The position numbers and the translations under genes are program-made. The notes under the pieces were generated by a model that saw only the letters and a list, made by a program, of their open reading frames with translations, was not told where the DNA came from and searched no databases. Below are positions 16,860-26,752 of a DNA stretch of 64,000 bases, in pieces (within the stretch, counting starts at the first letter, position 1; each line of letters starts with the position of its first letter). Source of the DNA: an uncultured virus (IMG/VR IMGVR_UViG_3300006055_000001) (lineage: Duplodnaviria > Heunggongvirae > Uroviricota > Caudoviricetes); the IMG/VR virus record IMGVR_UViG_3300006055_000001; one strand, written 5' to 3'.

Positions 16860-17877
16860 GACGCTGTCGCGGCAGCTTTCGAAGGCGAAATTTCAATTAG
16901 CCGATGTCAGCCGGCTCAAGTCCGATAACGAGGCGTTACAAAGCCGCGTTGATCTTCTTGAGCGCATAGATTGTATCGTGCCCGAGCCGCCGAAGTGGAC
17001 GCAGCCTAAAGCGAGCAAGGGGGCGCTGCATCAGGGTATGCCGAGCTTGCTGCTCTCTGACTCCCATTGGGACGAGATCGTAAAACTGGAAGAGGTTGAA
17101 GGCGTTAACAAGTATGACCGCGAGATCGCGATTCTGCGGCTCAAGAAAACTTTGTCTGGCACCATTGATGTGTTGCGGAACTACTTCTCCGGGCTGAAGT
17201 ATGAAGGCATGACGCTCCTACTCGGAGGCGACCACTTCAGCGGAAATATCCATGAGGAGCTTCAACAGACGAATGAGGACACAATTTATGGCTCGCTTGA
17301 CTTTTGGTCAGACCAACTTGCTGCATTCATCGGGTCGCTGGCCGATGAATTTGGAAAGTTGCACATCGCCGGCGTGGTCGGAAATCATGGACGCAATACG
17401 CGCAAACCTCGCGCGAAACTTCGGGTGCGAGATAACCTTGATTGGCTTCTCTTCCGAATTGTTGCGCGAGCGTTTAAAGACGATCCCCGCATAACTTGGC
17501 AAATCCCTGAGTCGGCCGATTGTAACGTAAAACTTTACAACACGACTTACCGGCTGACGCATGGCGATCAGTTCCGTGGCGGCAGTGGCATCGCCGGGAT
17601 GCTATCGCCGTTGATGCTTGGTTCGTATCGCAAGACTCGGCGCCAGATGACTCTCAAGAACCTGTTTGAATGGCTGGTAATTTGTCACTGGCATCAATAC
17701 TGGGTAGGCAAGGGGATTATCGTCAACGGGTCGCTGAAGGGGTACGACGAATATTCCTATCTAAGTAATTTCGACTTTGAACGTCCGACGCAGGCTGTGT
17801 GGGTTACGACGCCCGAGAACGGGATGACTTTCCCTGCCGGGATTTTCGCAGACGATCGCTGCGCCGAAGGTTGGTAG
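16750..17877 (+). CDS. calcineurin-like metallophosphoesterase with N-terminal coiled coil
   Basis: SDSH, GGD, GNHG, THGD, HWH motifs. Confidence 0.85.
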   Translation: MKKPQNRSSTTTSAPNTTFKQYRKENEQVEELRRTAETLSRQLSKAKFQLADVSRLKSDNEALQSRVDLLERIDCIVPEPPKWTQPKASKGALHQGMPSLLLSDSHWDEIVKLEEVEGVNKYDREIAILRLKKTLSGTIDVLRNYFSGLKYEGMTLLLGGDHFSGNIHEELQQTNEDTIYGSLDFWSDQLAAFIGSLADEFGKLHIAGVVGNHGRNTRKPRAKLRVRDNLDWLLFRIVARAFKDDPRITWQIPESADCNVKLYNTTYRLTHGDQFRGGSGIAGMLSPLMLGSYRKTRRQMTLKNLFEWLVICHWHQYWVGKGIIVNGSLKGYDEYSYLSNFDFERPTQAVWVTTPENGMTFPAGIFADDRCAEGW

Positions 17878-17959
17878 TGAGCCATGTGCCGCAAGCCGGG
17901 CACCTGCGTGCTCTGCGCGCTGGCTCTCCTTGATTGCGCTGTGTGTGGGTTTTGCAACG

Positions 17960-18211
17960 ATGAAGAATTTGGATTTGCTGTTCAAGCATGTTCCTTTAGC
18001 GGCCGAAACGATACGCGAAGTCATCAGGAACGGAGAGGACAACCACCCGCTGTTCTCCTGGGTGCCGCTGGGTGTTGCGGGTAACATGGCGCACTTTTCT
18101 AAACACATGGAACTGCACGCACGCGGCGATACGACCGAGGACCATCTCGCTCATGCTGCGTGCCGACTGCTGATGGCCCTGGAATTGAGGGAACGGAGCA
18201 ACAAGCGATGA
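17960..18211 (+). CDS. dATP/dGTP diphosphohydrolase-like (DUF5664-type) protein
   Basis: HMELHARGDTTEDHLAHAACRLLMAL. Confidence 0.65.
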   Translation: MKNLDLLFKHVPLAAETIREVIRNGEDNHPLFSWVPLGVAGNMAHFSKHMELHARGDTTEDHLAHAACRLLMALELRERSNKR

Positions 18212-18465
18212 TCGGCTCGCAATGGCACGGAATTATCGCACGCGCATGGGTTCTCCGCGCCACGCTCGGGTCGGGGTACGGCATCGAGCTCAATATCCCC
18301 CGCATGACGATGGATGTTTTGGTGCCAGACGAGGACGCCGCGCGCCGCGCGCGGAACAGGGTCGCGCTGCCGCCGCGCCCAGCCGAAGTATGCAAAAGAT
18401 GCATGACCTGCGGCCGGTTGCGAGCGAATCATTTCTATTTCTGTATAGAACGTTTGCAACGATGA
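18208..18465 (+). CDS. hypothetical protein
   Basis: ATGA overlap; Cys cluster. Confidence 0.45.
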   Translation: MIGSQWHGIIARAWVLRATLGSGYGIELNIPRMTMDVLVPDEDAARRARNRVALPPRPAEVCKRCMTCGRLRANHFYFCIERLQR

Positions 18466-18695
18466 AAACACGCTACGCCCGCCAGAAGACACCTACTGGG
18501 CCGCTCAAATGCTGTATCGTGACGCGCGGGTGCTCAGCGCCGTGTCCCGTTGCGTGCGCGGACTTCCAGCAGCAGGCGGATCGCGTTCCGTTCTGCCGCA
18601 TGTGCTGGCACTGCGGACATCTGTTGGAATGTCACGCCAGCACGGGAATGATCGACGTGCCTAAAGTATCAGATTTCAATACTTTCCGTGAGTAA
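18462..18695 (+). CDS. Cys-rich hypothetical protein
   Basis: ATGA overlap; several CxxC. Confidence 0.45.
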   Translation: MKTRYARQKTPTGPLKCCIVTRGCSAPCPVACADFQQQADRVPFCRMCWHCGHLLECHASTGMIDVPKVSDFNTFRE

Positions 18696-18802
18696 GAACT
18701 TCGGCAATATGAGCTGGCGCGGAGAGGGATCTGGGATGCTACTGTTCCTGATCGCTGCGGCGTTGTTGGTCGTGGTTCTCGGCTACGTCGGGCGATGAGG
18801 GC

Positions 18803-18831
18803 TTGACTGTGAAATCGCCAAGCCGCAAATT
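18803..18831 (+). promoter_or_regulatory. putative late promoter for the head operon
   Basis: TTGACT-gtgaaatcgccaagccg-CAAATT; spacer nearly identical to that at 28659. Confidence 0.5.
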
Positions 18832-18911
18832 TAATGCTAATGATTCTTTTTGTGACGAAAACAGGTTTGATCAACAAAGGTGACCGTGCTCTTCTCTAAC
18901 TAAACCTCCAA

Positions 18912-18969
18912 GGGTATCAAAGTACTTGAGCCCGGACGTGACGCCAGACGGCGTTGCTCCGGGCTTTTT
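18912..18969 (+). promoter_or_regulatory. terminator/antiterminator leader element, copy 1
   Basis: GGGTATCAA-AGTAC-TTGAGCCC hairpin overlapping AGCCCGGA...TCCGGGCTTTTT. Confidence 0.7.
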
Positions 18970-18973
18970 GTTT

Positions 18974-20725
18974 ATGGGTGAACCAAAAGAACAACTGCTG
19001 ATGGAGAAAGACGCGAGCAATCGCTTCGCGCTCTACACGCCCATCCAGAAGGTCGAGCCACAGGGCGACGGGTCTCTGCTCGTCTCGGGCTGGGGTTCCG
19101 TTTCCAACTACATCGATAGCCAGGGCGACTTCCCGGATCCCGATGCTCTCAAGAGCGCGGCGATCGATTGGGGCACGCACTGGGGAAACATCCGGCTCCA
19201 GCATGACGCAGGCAAGCCGATCGGTAGCGCGCGCAAGGCAGACCACCCGGGCGCCGAGATCTCCATCAGGAAGCATCCCGATACCGGCTCAGACTCGCTC
19301 TGGCTTGTGTCTCATATCGTCGACGCTGACGGGATCAGCAAAGTCAAATCCGGCACGCTCAAGGGCTACAGCATGGGCGGCATGATCAATCCCGGCGGCC
19401 GCGTGCTGGGCGAGCTGGACGGCAAGCAAGCCTATTGTCTCAAGGATTTTACAATCGACGAGGTTAGCTTGGTGGACAAACCAGCCTGCAATCTCGCAAC
19501 CGTTGAACACGTCAGTTTGGCAAAGCGGGACATCATGCCGCTCGATATCGCGGCGAGTCCGGCGACGACAACCGCTACGGAAACTAACGGCATATTTGGA
19601 CTCGACCAGTTCATTGACGAAGCCAAGCCCGAAGAGAAAGGCACAATTCTCAAGTTCATGGCGCGGCTGTTTGGCAAGGTGAACTCTGTGTTGACGGCAG
19701 CCAAGGCGGATGACGTACCCACCGTCAAGGAAGAACGCAAGCCGATTACCGGTGAGCAGCTCCAGAAGGATCTCTACGCGGTCGGGCATGTCGCGCACTG
19801 CGTTGCGCGCTTGGATGAACTTGTATGGTCGGGCAAGTGGGAATCGTTCGCCGAAGGTGACGAAAGTTCAATCCCCGGCCGGCTCGCGGCGGCGCGGGAT
19901 CAACTAGGCGAAATTTTAGTCGCGATGGTCGAAGAGGAAGTCTCCGAACTCAGCGACGGAACCGAAGATCAGGGGGAAGTGACAATGGCTCTAACTGCAA
20001 AGGCGGCGGAATTGCTCGCCAGTATCAATGGCGGCGTCGAAAAGAACGCCAGTGGCGTCGAAAAGGCAGCGGCTGAAAAAGTCGAGAAGGCCGGCAGGGT
20101 TATGTCAGCGGCCATGAAAGGCCAGCTGTCGAAGGCCGCTGGTCATCTGACGAAAGCCCAGGACGCTACCGACAAAATCGGAGACGCACTGAAGGCGGGA
20201 AAGCCGGATGAGGCGTCGGATCATCTGTCCAATCTGGAAGCCCATCACGGCGCTATCGAGAAGTGCCACGGCGCCATGCAGAAGATGGCCGGCGAGACGA
20301 GCGAAGAGCCGGATAAGGTTGATGGCAGTATCGACGAAGTTGGCACGCTCGAGGGCAAGAGCGCGAAGCTCGGCGACATGATCAAAGCCGCTGTGGTGTC
20401 GAGTATCGAGCCGCTGCAGAAGCAGTTGACTGAAGTGACGACCGCCAACGCCAAGCTGCAGGCCGAGAACGAGACGCTCAAGGCCGTCAACAAGGCTCTG
20501 GGTGACCAGCCGGCGACTCCGAAGGCGCGCATTTTCGCGGTACGCCCCGGAGTGAACGCAGACGAGATCAATAAAGGTGCAGCGCCCGAGGGAACCCGGC
20601 TCGAGGACATCGATCCGAAAGACCCCAAGGCGGCACAGAAGGCGATAGTCGCGCAGCTTCGCAAAGGCGGGCAGAGCGTGCTGAGCCGGAAGTTCAACGG
20701 GTCTGCGGTGCCTGGCGGAATCTAA
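18974..20725 (+). CDS. prohead protease fused to scaffold
   Basis: IDSQGD, IRLQH, GYSMGG, EVSLVDKPA (HK97-type protease) followed by a coiled-coil scaffold. Confidence 0.88.
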   Translation: MGEPKEQLLMEKDASNRFALYTPIQKVEPQGDGSLLVSGWGSVSNYIDSQGDFPDPDALKSAAIDWGTHWGNIRLQHDAGKPIGSARKADHPGAEISIRKHPDTGSDSLWLVSHIVDADGISKVKSGTLKGYSMGGMINPGGRVLGELDGKQAYCLKDFTIDEVSLVDKPACNLATVEHVSLAKRDIMPLDIAASPATTTATETNGIFGLDQFIDEAKPEEKGTILKFMARLFGKVNSVLTAAKADDVPTVKEERKPITGEQLQKDLYAVGHVAHCVARLDELVWSGKWESFAEGDESSIPGRLAAARDQLGEILVAMVEEEVSELSDGTEDQGEVTMALTAKAAELLASINGGVEKNASGVEKAAAEKVEKAGRVMSAAMKGQLSKAAGHLTKAQDATDKIGDALKAGKPDEASDHLSNLEAHHGAIEKCHGAMQKMAGETSEEPDKVDGSIDEVGTLEGKSAKLGDMIKAAVVSSIEPLQKQLTEVTTANAKLQAENETLKAVNKALGDQPATPKARIFAVRPGVNADEINKGAAPEGTRLEDIDPKDPKAAQKAIVAQLRKGGQSVLSRKFNGSAVPGGI

Positions 20726-20735
20726 CTAACAAACA

Positions 20736-20797
20736 GGGTATCGAAAGAATCGAGCCCGGAATGGCTCCGCGAAAGCGGACGCTGTTTCGGGCTTTTT
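20736..20797 (+). promoter_or_regulatory. terminator/antiterminator leader element, copy 2
   Basis: GGGTATCGA-AAGAA-TCGAGCCC overlapping AGCCCGGAA...TTTCGGGCTTTTT. Confidence 0.7.
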
Positions 20798-20811
20798 AAT
20801 TCAAGAGGGGA

Positions 20812-22395
20812 ATGGAGGAAGAGGCGGTGGGAAACTTAGCACAGGACGCAATTCACGATCTAATGGAGAACCCGGATTTCCGGGCGGGTATCGGGGCCAT
20901 GATGAAAGCTGACTCCTTGACGACTGGCGTCAATGGTCAGCAGCTTGTCTGGTACGACCTCGAGCCGACCGTCAAGTTCCTCTATCCCTACGGCGCCGAG
21001 TACACCCCGCTCATTCTGGGTGACGTGAGCCGAGGGATTCCTGCACTCCCGCGCGTACCGGCACACGGCGGCACGGCGACTCACTGGAAGACCATCACAA
21101 AGATCAATTCCGGGAACGTGACCGGAGGCGTCGAGCGCGGAAAGCGCGGCGGCACGATCGCGATTGATTCGAACGATATGAGCGCCCCGTTCGTCGGGAT
21201 GGGACTCGAAGCCTCGTGTGACTTCGAAGCCCGTTACGAAAACGGAGAGCTGGATCCGGAGAACATCGCGATTGCGTCACAGTCCGCACTGCGCTCGTTG
21301 ATCATCTACGAGGAACGCGCGCTGATTTTCGGCAATTCGAGCGTGGCCCTAGGTACGACTCCTACGCCGACCGTCAGCGATGGTGCCAGCTCGGGCGGCA
21401 CGATGACTACGGTTACCACGCTATACGTCGTCTGCGTTGCGCTGACTGGCGAAGGCTACACCATAGGGTCAGTTGCTAATGGAGTGGTCACAACCACAGC
21501 GCGCACTAACGCAGATGGGTCTAGCACAACCATAAAGAGCGGCGCTGCACAGAAATCAGCAGAAGGTTCCGGCGGTCTCACCTCAAGCCATACCATGCTC
21601 GCATCGGTGACGCCGGTATCCGGCGCGGTTGCGTACGCTTGGTATTGGGGCACGACAGGGGCTGAGCATCTGGGCGCGATCACGACAGTCAACAGCATCG
21701 AGATCAAGGCGGACGCGGCGGGCGCACAGATAATCACTGCGCTGCCTTCGGCGGACAACTCGAGGAACACGCTGGTTCCGGACGGCATCATCAGTCAGAT
21801 GCTGGGTTCGACCTTCGGTGCAGCCAGCAATTCCTACGTCAAGAACATGGCGACTGGCTCAGGCCAGGGCGTCGTGACCGGAAAGATCGGAATCGGCACC
21901 GGGCTGACGACCGATAGCAACGGTGGAATCGTCGAGTTCGATGCGGCCTTTATGGATCGCTACAACAACTATCGGCTGGGCTTCGACCGGATCCTGTGCA
22001 ACCCGCAGGAAGCCATCAACATCAACATCCATGCGCTGAACGGGTCCAGCTCTGCTATGACCTCGCTGTTCCGGTTCAACTACGACGCGCCCGACAAGGG
22101 CTTCGTCGCCGGCCGGCGCGTGATTGCGTATCACAACAAGTTCACGGGCAAGGATCTGGACATCGTAGTCCATCCGTTCGTTCCGCCTGGCACGATCATT
22201 TTCTGGTCGGATCGGGTGCCGTACACCTTGAGCAACGTGGCGAACATCCTGCAGGCGAAAGTTAGGCAGGGGTACTACCAGATCGAGTGGCCTCTGTCGA
22301 CTCGTCAGTACCAGTTCGGCGTGTACGTGGACGAGGCGTTCGAAAACTACTTCACTCCGGCATTCGGGATCATCCAGAATATCGGAAACATCTAA
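20812..22395 (+). CDS. major capsid protein
   Basis: Follows the protease; 527 aa; YDLEP...VHPFVPPGTI...FGIIQNI; terminator downstream. Confidence 0.85.
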   Translation: MEEEAVGNLAQDAIHDLMENPDFRAGIGAMMKADSLTTGVNGQQLVWYDLEPTVKFLYPYGAEYTPLILGDVSRGIPALPRVPAHGGTATHWKTITKINSGNVTGGVERGKRGGTIAIDSNDMSAPFVGMGLEASCDFEARYENGELDPENIAIASQSALRSLIIYEERALIFGNSSVALGTTPTPTVSDGASSGGTMTTVTTLYVVCVALTGEGYTIGSVANGVVTTTARTNADGSSTTIKSGAAQKSAEGSGGLTSSHTMLASVTPVSGAVAYAWYWGTTGAEHLGAITTVNSIEIKADAAGAQIITALPSADNSRNTLVPDGIISQMLGSTFGAASNSYVKNMATGSGQGVVTGKIGIGTGLTTDSNGGIVEFDAAFMDRYNNYRLGFDRILCNPQEAININIHALNGSSSAMTSLFRFNYDAPDKGFVAGRRVIAYHNKFTGKDLDIVVHPFVPPGTIIFWSDRVPYTLSNVANILQAKVRQGYYQIEWPLSTRQYQFGVYVDEAFENYFTPAFGIIQNIGNI

Positions 22396-22417
22396 CAGGA
22401 CGTAGATAACTGAAATC

Positions 22418-22452
22418 AGGGCCGGTTGGCCGAAAGCCGGCTGGCCCTTTTT
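22418..22452 (+). terminator. intrinsic terminator
   Basis: AGGGCCGGTTGGC-CGAAA-GCCGGCTGGCCCT followed by a T-run. Confidence 0.8.
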
Positions 22453-22464
22453 CTTAAAGAGGGA

Positions 22465-23061
22465 ATGAAAATGAAACGAACACTTCGCGCGCTACTCACG
22501 GTCCTTCTTCTGGTGGGGGTTTCCACGTCGGCTTGGGCCTTGTCGGTAAAGATGAGGCTGTCCACTGGCGATACAACCCCGAACGCCTTACAGGTGCGCG
22601 GCGTTGAGGGAACTTTGATACCTGATTCGACCGGCGCAGTTACTGTCACTGACGCAAAGACCCTCAAGGATTTGATGGATGCCGGTTGGGAGCCCGTGGC
22701 CGGTTCGGCCTCGGTGGACGCACTGACCGTTATTAACACCCTGACTGTCACTAACACCCTAGCCAACAAATGCAGCGGCCAGGTGGCCACTGTTGGCGGA
22801 ACGATTGTAGTTAAGGCTCCTTGCGCAGCGGCCTACACATACTGTGGCGCTTCTATTGGACAAGCGCCCGTTGTTGCGGGCAACGTGCCGGGCTGCGTCG
22901 TCACTTCGACCGCGACTACCGCCCCGACTTCAACAGCAACGGTAGGCGGCACGCCCATTGCGACCACAACTGCCACGACCGCTGCCGGTTTCGGAATTAG
23001 CGTCGCGACCGCAGCACTGGGCGCAACTGAATCGGTGAACTATTGGGGCGGCCCACAATAA
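22465..23061 (+). CDS. signal-peptide-bearing Thr/Cys-rich protein
   Basis: MKMKRTLRALLTVLLLVGVSTSAWA signal peptide. Confidence 0.75.
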   Translation: MKMKRTLRALLTVLLLVGVSTSAWALSVKMRLSTGDTTPNALQVRGVEGTLIPDSTGAVTVTDAKTLKDLMDAGWEPVAGSASVDALTVINTLTVTNTLANKCSGQVATVGGTIVVKAPCAAAYTYCGASIGQAPVVAGNVPGCVVTSTATTAPTSTATVGGTPIATTTATTAAGFGISVATAALGATESVNYWGGPQ

Positions 23062-23300
23062 TACGCCTGCTGGCGGGATTCTTGTTGCTGGATTTTGTAG
23101 TCGGAGCGGTAGAGATGATCGACGCCATGCCTAGATTCACAGGGACATATGCGAACGGCACGATCAGCTTCAAACCGCAATGCAAGGGACTCGCGATGCA
23201 CTTACTCGACGCAAATCATCAACGCCCAGACCAGCCAATGGCTAACAACGTCTTTCAGTCGATCAAGTGGAGAATCGAGGCCTGCAATGCGGCTTACTAG
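23043..23300 (+). CDS. hypothetical protein (start uncertain)
   Basis: Fills the gap between genes; hydrophobic N-terminus. Confidence 0.45.
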   Translation: MGRPTIIRLLAGFLLLDFVVGAVEMIDAMPRFTGTYANGTISFKPQCKGLAMHLLDANHQRPDQPMANNVFQSIKWRIEACNAAY

Positions 23301-24365
23301 CTGGCACGTGTTTAGCGGCACGCTGGTTGCCTACTTGCTGACGAGCTTCCCGGCTTCGCCTTTTAACGCACACGTCTATCAAGCTGCAGCGTTCTTGCAT
23401 GGGCATTTCTATCTGTGGAACAGCAATTTGCACGAAGTGATCGCAGTTGGTAATCGAGCGTACATCGTGGACCATGGCCTTCTCGGCGGGTTGTTAATGA
23501 TACCGAGTGTGTTGATTCAGGGTTTACAGGCGAGCGAAGGGCTCATGTGTATCCTGTTGGGCGCAATAGGCGTGGCGCTGGCCTATCGCCTGACCAGCAA
23601 TCTCTGGCTTACCGTCTTTCTGGCATTCGGTACGATCTACTGGTACGAAAGCATCCTCGGGGCCCAGTGGGGCTTCTGCTTAGTGCTCAGCACAATCCCA
23701 ACCTTACTGGCACTGATTGCGCTGAAAGAGCGCTGGTCGCCGTATCTGGTCGGGCTGTTTGCGGGCCTCGCGTTTCTCTCTCGCGGCGATTTGGCGCTCG
23801 CATGGCCGGTGTACCTATGCTTAATCGACTAAAGCTATGTGCGGGCATAGTACCGGCGATTGCGGTCTATCTCTGGTACGCACATGAGCGTTTCGGTGGC
23901 TGGATAGACACAGCATTGTCCCGTTGGTATCTGGTTGATCCAGCCGGGTTGCGGGCGCATCCTGCTCTTGGCCCGTTCTCGCTCCATTACTTTTCCGTGA
24001 ATTTCTGGACGGTGATGTTCGCGCCGCCGCAGTGGATTCCGCGATTTCCTTTCTTCACGCCCCATTTGTACGGACAGGCTATCTGGACGGTGTCGCCGGC
24101 TTTCATTCTTGCCCTGATGGCTCCGTGGAACTTGAAAGAAACGTGGCTGTATTGGCTCGCGTTTGCGCTAGTACTCGGCCCCGCGATGCTTGTCTACAAC
24201 AATGGTCAAGAGCAGTTCGGCTTTCGCTACGCCATCATGACATATCCGTTCCTGCTCCTGCTCATGGCAAGGGGTTGGGCGAACTCGCAGTTGGATAGGA
24301 GCTTAGTCGTTGCGTCAATCATCCTCACCACCTTGGGAATCCAAGGGTTGAGGTATCAATCATAA
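23287..24365 (+). pseudogene. split or frameshifted polytopic membrane protein, GT-C glycosyltransferase-like (ORFs 23287-23832 and 23817-24365)
   Basis: Both parts are multi-TM; QAAAFLHG, FLAFGT, ERFG, QFGFRY motifs; frame change near 23810-23832. Confidence 0.5.
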
Positions 24366-24387
24366 AAGGAGCTTAAGGAGACTTCAA

Positions 24388-25407
24388 ATGGCAGATATGG
24401 TGGAACTGGTATTCGTGGATAGGGACGACAAGGGTCAGATTACTGGCAAGCCCTACGGCGGCAAGGATGTCGGCCTCGACGGCGCGCAGTACGCGGTCGT
24501 AAACAGCCGCGTCAAGGTGCCCGAGCATCTGGCGCATCGGCTCGAGGCTCACGGTTTCGTGTCGCTGGCTAGGCACACCGCTGCGGTCGTTCAATCGGCG
24601 GCAGATGAGGCGACTGCGAGGAACAGGGCCGACTTGGTGGCGAAGTATCACGCCGAGGGGCCCAATACGCTGCACGGTGATACGCCCGAGGCGAGGCTGG
24701 CCAGACAGGATGCGACTCGCGATGCGGCCCGCGATGCAACCTTTGACGCGACCCGCGCTGATGCGCGCGGCGACGCGACCCGTGATGCGGCCCGCGCAGC
24801 GACCCTCAACAAGATCTTCGATGAGAACAACCTGCGCGACGCGAACCGCCCCTACGACCCGAACGATCCCGAACAGGACGCGAAGGATGTGGCCTTCGAC
24901 GCGAACCGCGTTGCGGCCCGCGCCGGGACCCTCGATGCTAACAAGCAGGCCAACGAAAACGCGGACTATGCAGCGAACTATAGTGCCGAAGGACGATTCT
25001 CTGCGGCGCGTGGCGATGCCAGACAGGAGTATCACCCCGACGGATCCCCTGCGCGGTATGGCGACGCCGCGAACCGTAACGCGGCCGACGATAAGATCTT
25101 CCAAGAGACCCACACCGCAGATGCGAAGCAGGTCAGGAAGGACGTGTCCGACGATGCGACCAGACAGGGCCGGCCGCTGACCCAGGAGGAAGAGAGGAAT
25201 GCGAATATTCGACAGGATAATCGACCTGTTCAGGGGCCCGCTGCAAGTGACGCTGCCCGGAGAGCCGCCGAGCAATCTATGGGCCCAGCCCGAGACGCTA
25301 ACGCCAGAGCCGAAGCCGATCGAAGAGCCAAAGCAGCTCAAGCCGACGCCGATAAAAAGCGGGCGAAAGAAATCGCCAAAGCGAAGGCAGACGAGGCCAA
25401 GGGCTAG
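24388..25407 (+). CDS. Ala/Asp/Arg-rich repetitive protein
   Basis: Two AAGGAG RBS; DATRDAARDAT repeats. Confidence 0.75.
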   Translation: MADMVELVFVDRDDKGQITGKPYGGKDVGLDGAQYAVVNSRVKVPEHLAHRLEAHGFVSLARHTAAVVQSAADEATARNRADLVAKYHAEGPNTLHGDTPEARLARQDATRDAARDATFDATRADARGDATRDAARAATLNKIFDENNLRDANRPYDPNDPEQDAKDVAFDANRVAARAGTLDANKQANENADYAANYSAEGRFSAARGDARQEYHPDGSPARYGDAANRNAADDKIFQETHTADAKQVRKDVSDDATRQGRPLTQEEERNANIRQDNRPVQGPAASDAARRAAEQSMGPARDANARAEADRRAKAAQADADKKRAKEIAKAKADEAKG

Positions 25408-25418
25408 GTAGCATTTGA

Positions 25419-26264
25419 ATGCCGAGCAATCCTACCGCTGGCGATCCGAGCGATCTAGTTGGGCTGTCCGACCTGAAAGTATGGATGGACATAACCACCC
25501 TGACGGCGGATGCGGTCCTGCAAGGCCTGATCACCCGCACCAGCCGCTCGATTACGCAATGGCTGAGCCGCACGTTGATGGCGACGGCCTATACAGAGGT
25601 CCGCAACGGCGAAGGCCGGAGGGCGCTTCATTTCCTGAATCCGCCAGCGTTCGCCGTGAACTCCTTGGTGATCGATACGGCGACTGTAACGCTGGCGCCG
25701 ACATCTCTGGGATCTGGTTATCTATTCGACCCCGAGGCCGTCTATGTGCAGGGCTGGCCGGCTGTGGGGCCGAGTCAGTCGTTCAGCTTCGGGCCGATGA
25801 ATTTCCCGCGGGGGCATCAGAACGTATTTCTGATGTATTCGGCGGGATACGCGATGCCGAACCAAGGCACGGCGGACTGGGTGACGGGGATAACGACTTT
25901 GCTGGGCGCAACACTCCTGCCAACGACGAACAACGCCGGAGGCTTTATCTACGTCTGCACCCGAGCAGGAACGACTGCGGGCTCAAGGCCGAGCGTGTTC
26001 AATCAGGCACCAGGGGGCCAGACAGCAGATGGTCCAGTGATCTGGACGAGTCTGGGTGTGACCGCGCTTCCGGCATTCGTGCCGGCCGACCTGACGCAAG
26101 CCTGCATGGATTGGTGCTTCTATCGTTATCTGGGGCGCAAGCACGTCGGCGAGAAGTCGGCGGCGGTCTCAGGCGCCATGACGGTCAGCTATGTCACAGG
26201 GATGCCGCCTGACGTGGAAGAGATTTTACAGCAGCATAAGAGCTACGTGCCGGTGACGCGATGA
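25419..26264 (+). CDS. head-tail adaptor (gp6-like) with an inserted beta module
   Basis: LSDLKVWMDI...WLSR...YSAGY...VPADLTQAC...MPPDVEEILQQH. Confidence 0.75.
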   Translation: MPSNPTAGDPSDLVGLSDLKVWMDITTLTADAVLQGLITRTSRSITQWLSRTLMATAYTEVRNGEGRRALHFLNPPAFAVNSLVIDTATVTLAPTSLGSGYLFDPEAVYVQGWPAVGPSQSFSFGPMNFPRGHQNVFLMYSAGYAMPNQGTADWVTGITTLLGATLLPTTNNAGGFIYVCTRAGTTAGSRPSVFNQAPGGQTADGPVIWTSLGVTALPAFVPADLTQACMDWCFYRYLGRKHVGEKSAAVSGAMTVSYVTGMPPDVEEILQQHKSYVPVTR

Positions 26265-26752
26265 GCATCGAGGTAGTCGTAGTTGGCGATACTGAGTTCA
26301 AGGCGCGGATCGACCGCATGCCGGCGGCGGTTCACGACAGCCTTGTGCGCCGGATTTCCAAGCTCAGCATCGATCTGCAAATGAAGGTCCGCAACGAGAA
26401 ACTGAGCGGGCAGGTGCTGAAGAATCGCACCAATAAACTGCGCGATTCGATAAACGAATATGTGACGGACGAGGGGACCATCATCACTGGCGTTGTCGGC
26501 TCAGATACCAGCAAAGCCAAATATGGTCATGCGCACGAATACGGCTTCCAGGGCGTGGTTCAAGTACCTGCGCACGTCCGGCATATCACCCAAGCCTTCG
26601 GGCGGCCGATAGCGCCGACCGAGGTAAACGTCAGCGCCCATTCCATGAAGATGAACCTGCCTGAGCGTTCCTTCCTGCGTTCATCGCTGCATGAAATGGA
26701 AGGTGCAATCACAGAAGGGCTCACGGAGGCTGTAGGCGAGGCCATCGCATGA
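26261..26752 (+). CDS. neck/tail completion protein (HK97 gp10-like)
   Basis: RTNKLRDSI, YGHAHEYG, PERSFLRSSL. Confidence 0.75.
   Translation: MSIEVVVVGDTEFKARIDRMPAAVHDSLVRRISKLSIDLQMKVRNEKLSGQVLKNRTNKLRDSINEYVTDEGTIITGVVGSDTSKAKYGHAHEYGFQGVVQVPAHVRHITQAFGRPIAPTEVNVSAHSMKMNLPERSFLRSSLHEMEGAITEGLTEAVGEAIA

Noticed and set aside
17960..18211. Z-base (2-aminoadenine) or other modified-base pathway
   Set aside because: Only a DUF5664-like ORF is present; no PurZ, DNA polymerase or deazaguanine genes are recognisable.
24373..25341. 322-aa minus-strand ORF
   Set aside because: Antisense shadow of the repetitive + strand gene, which has a strong RBS and fits the operon.
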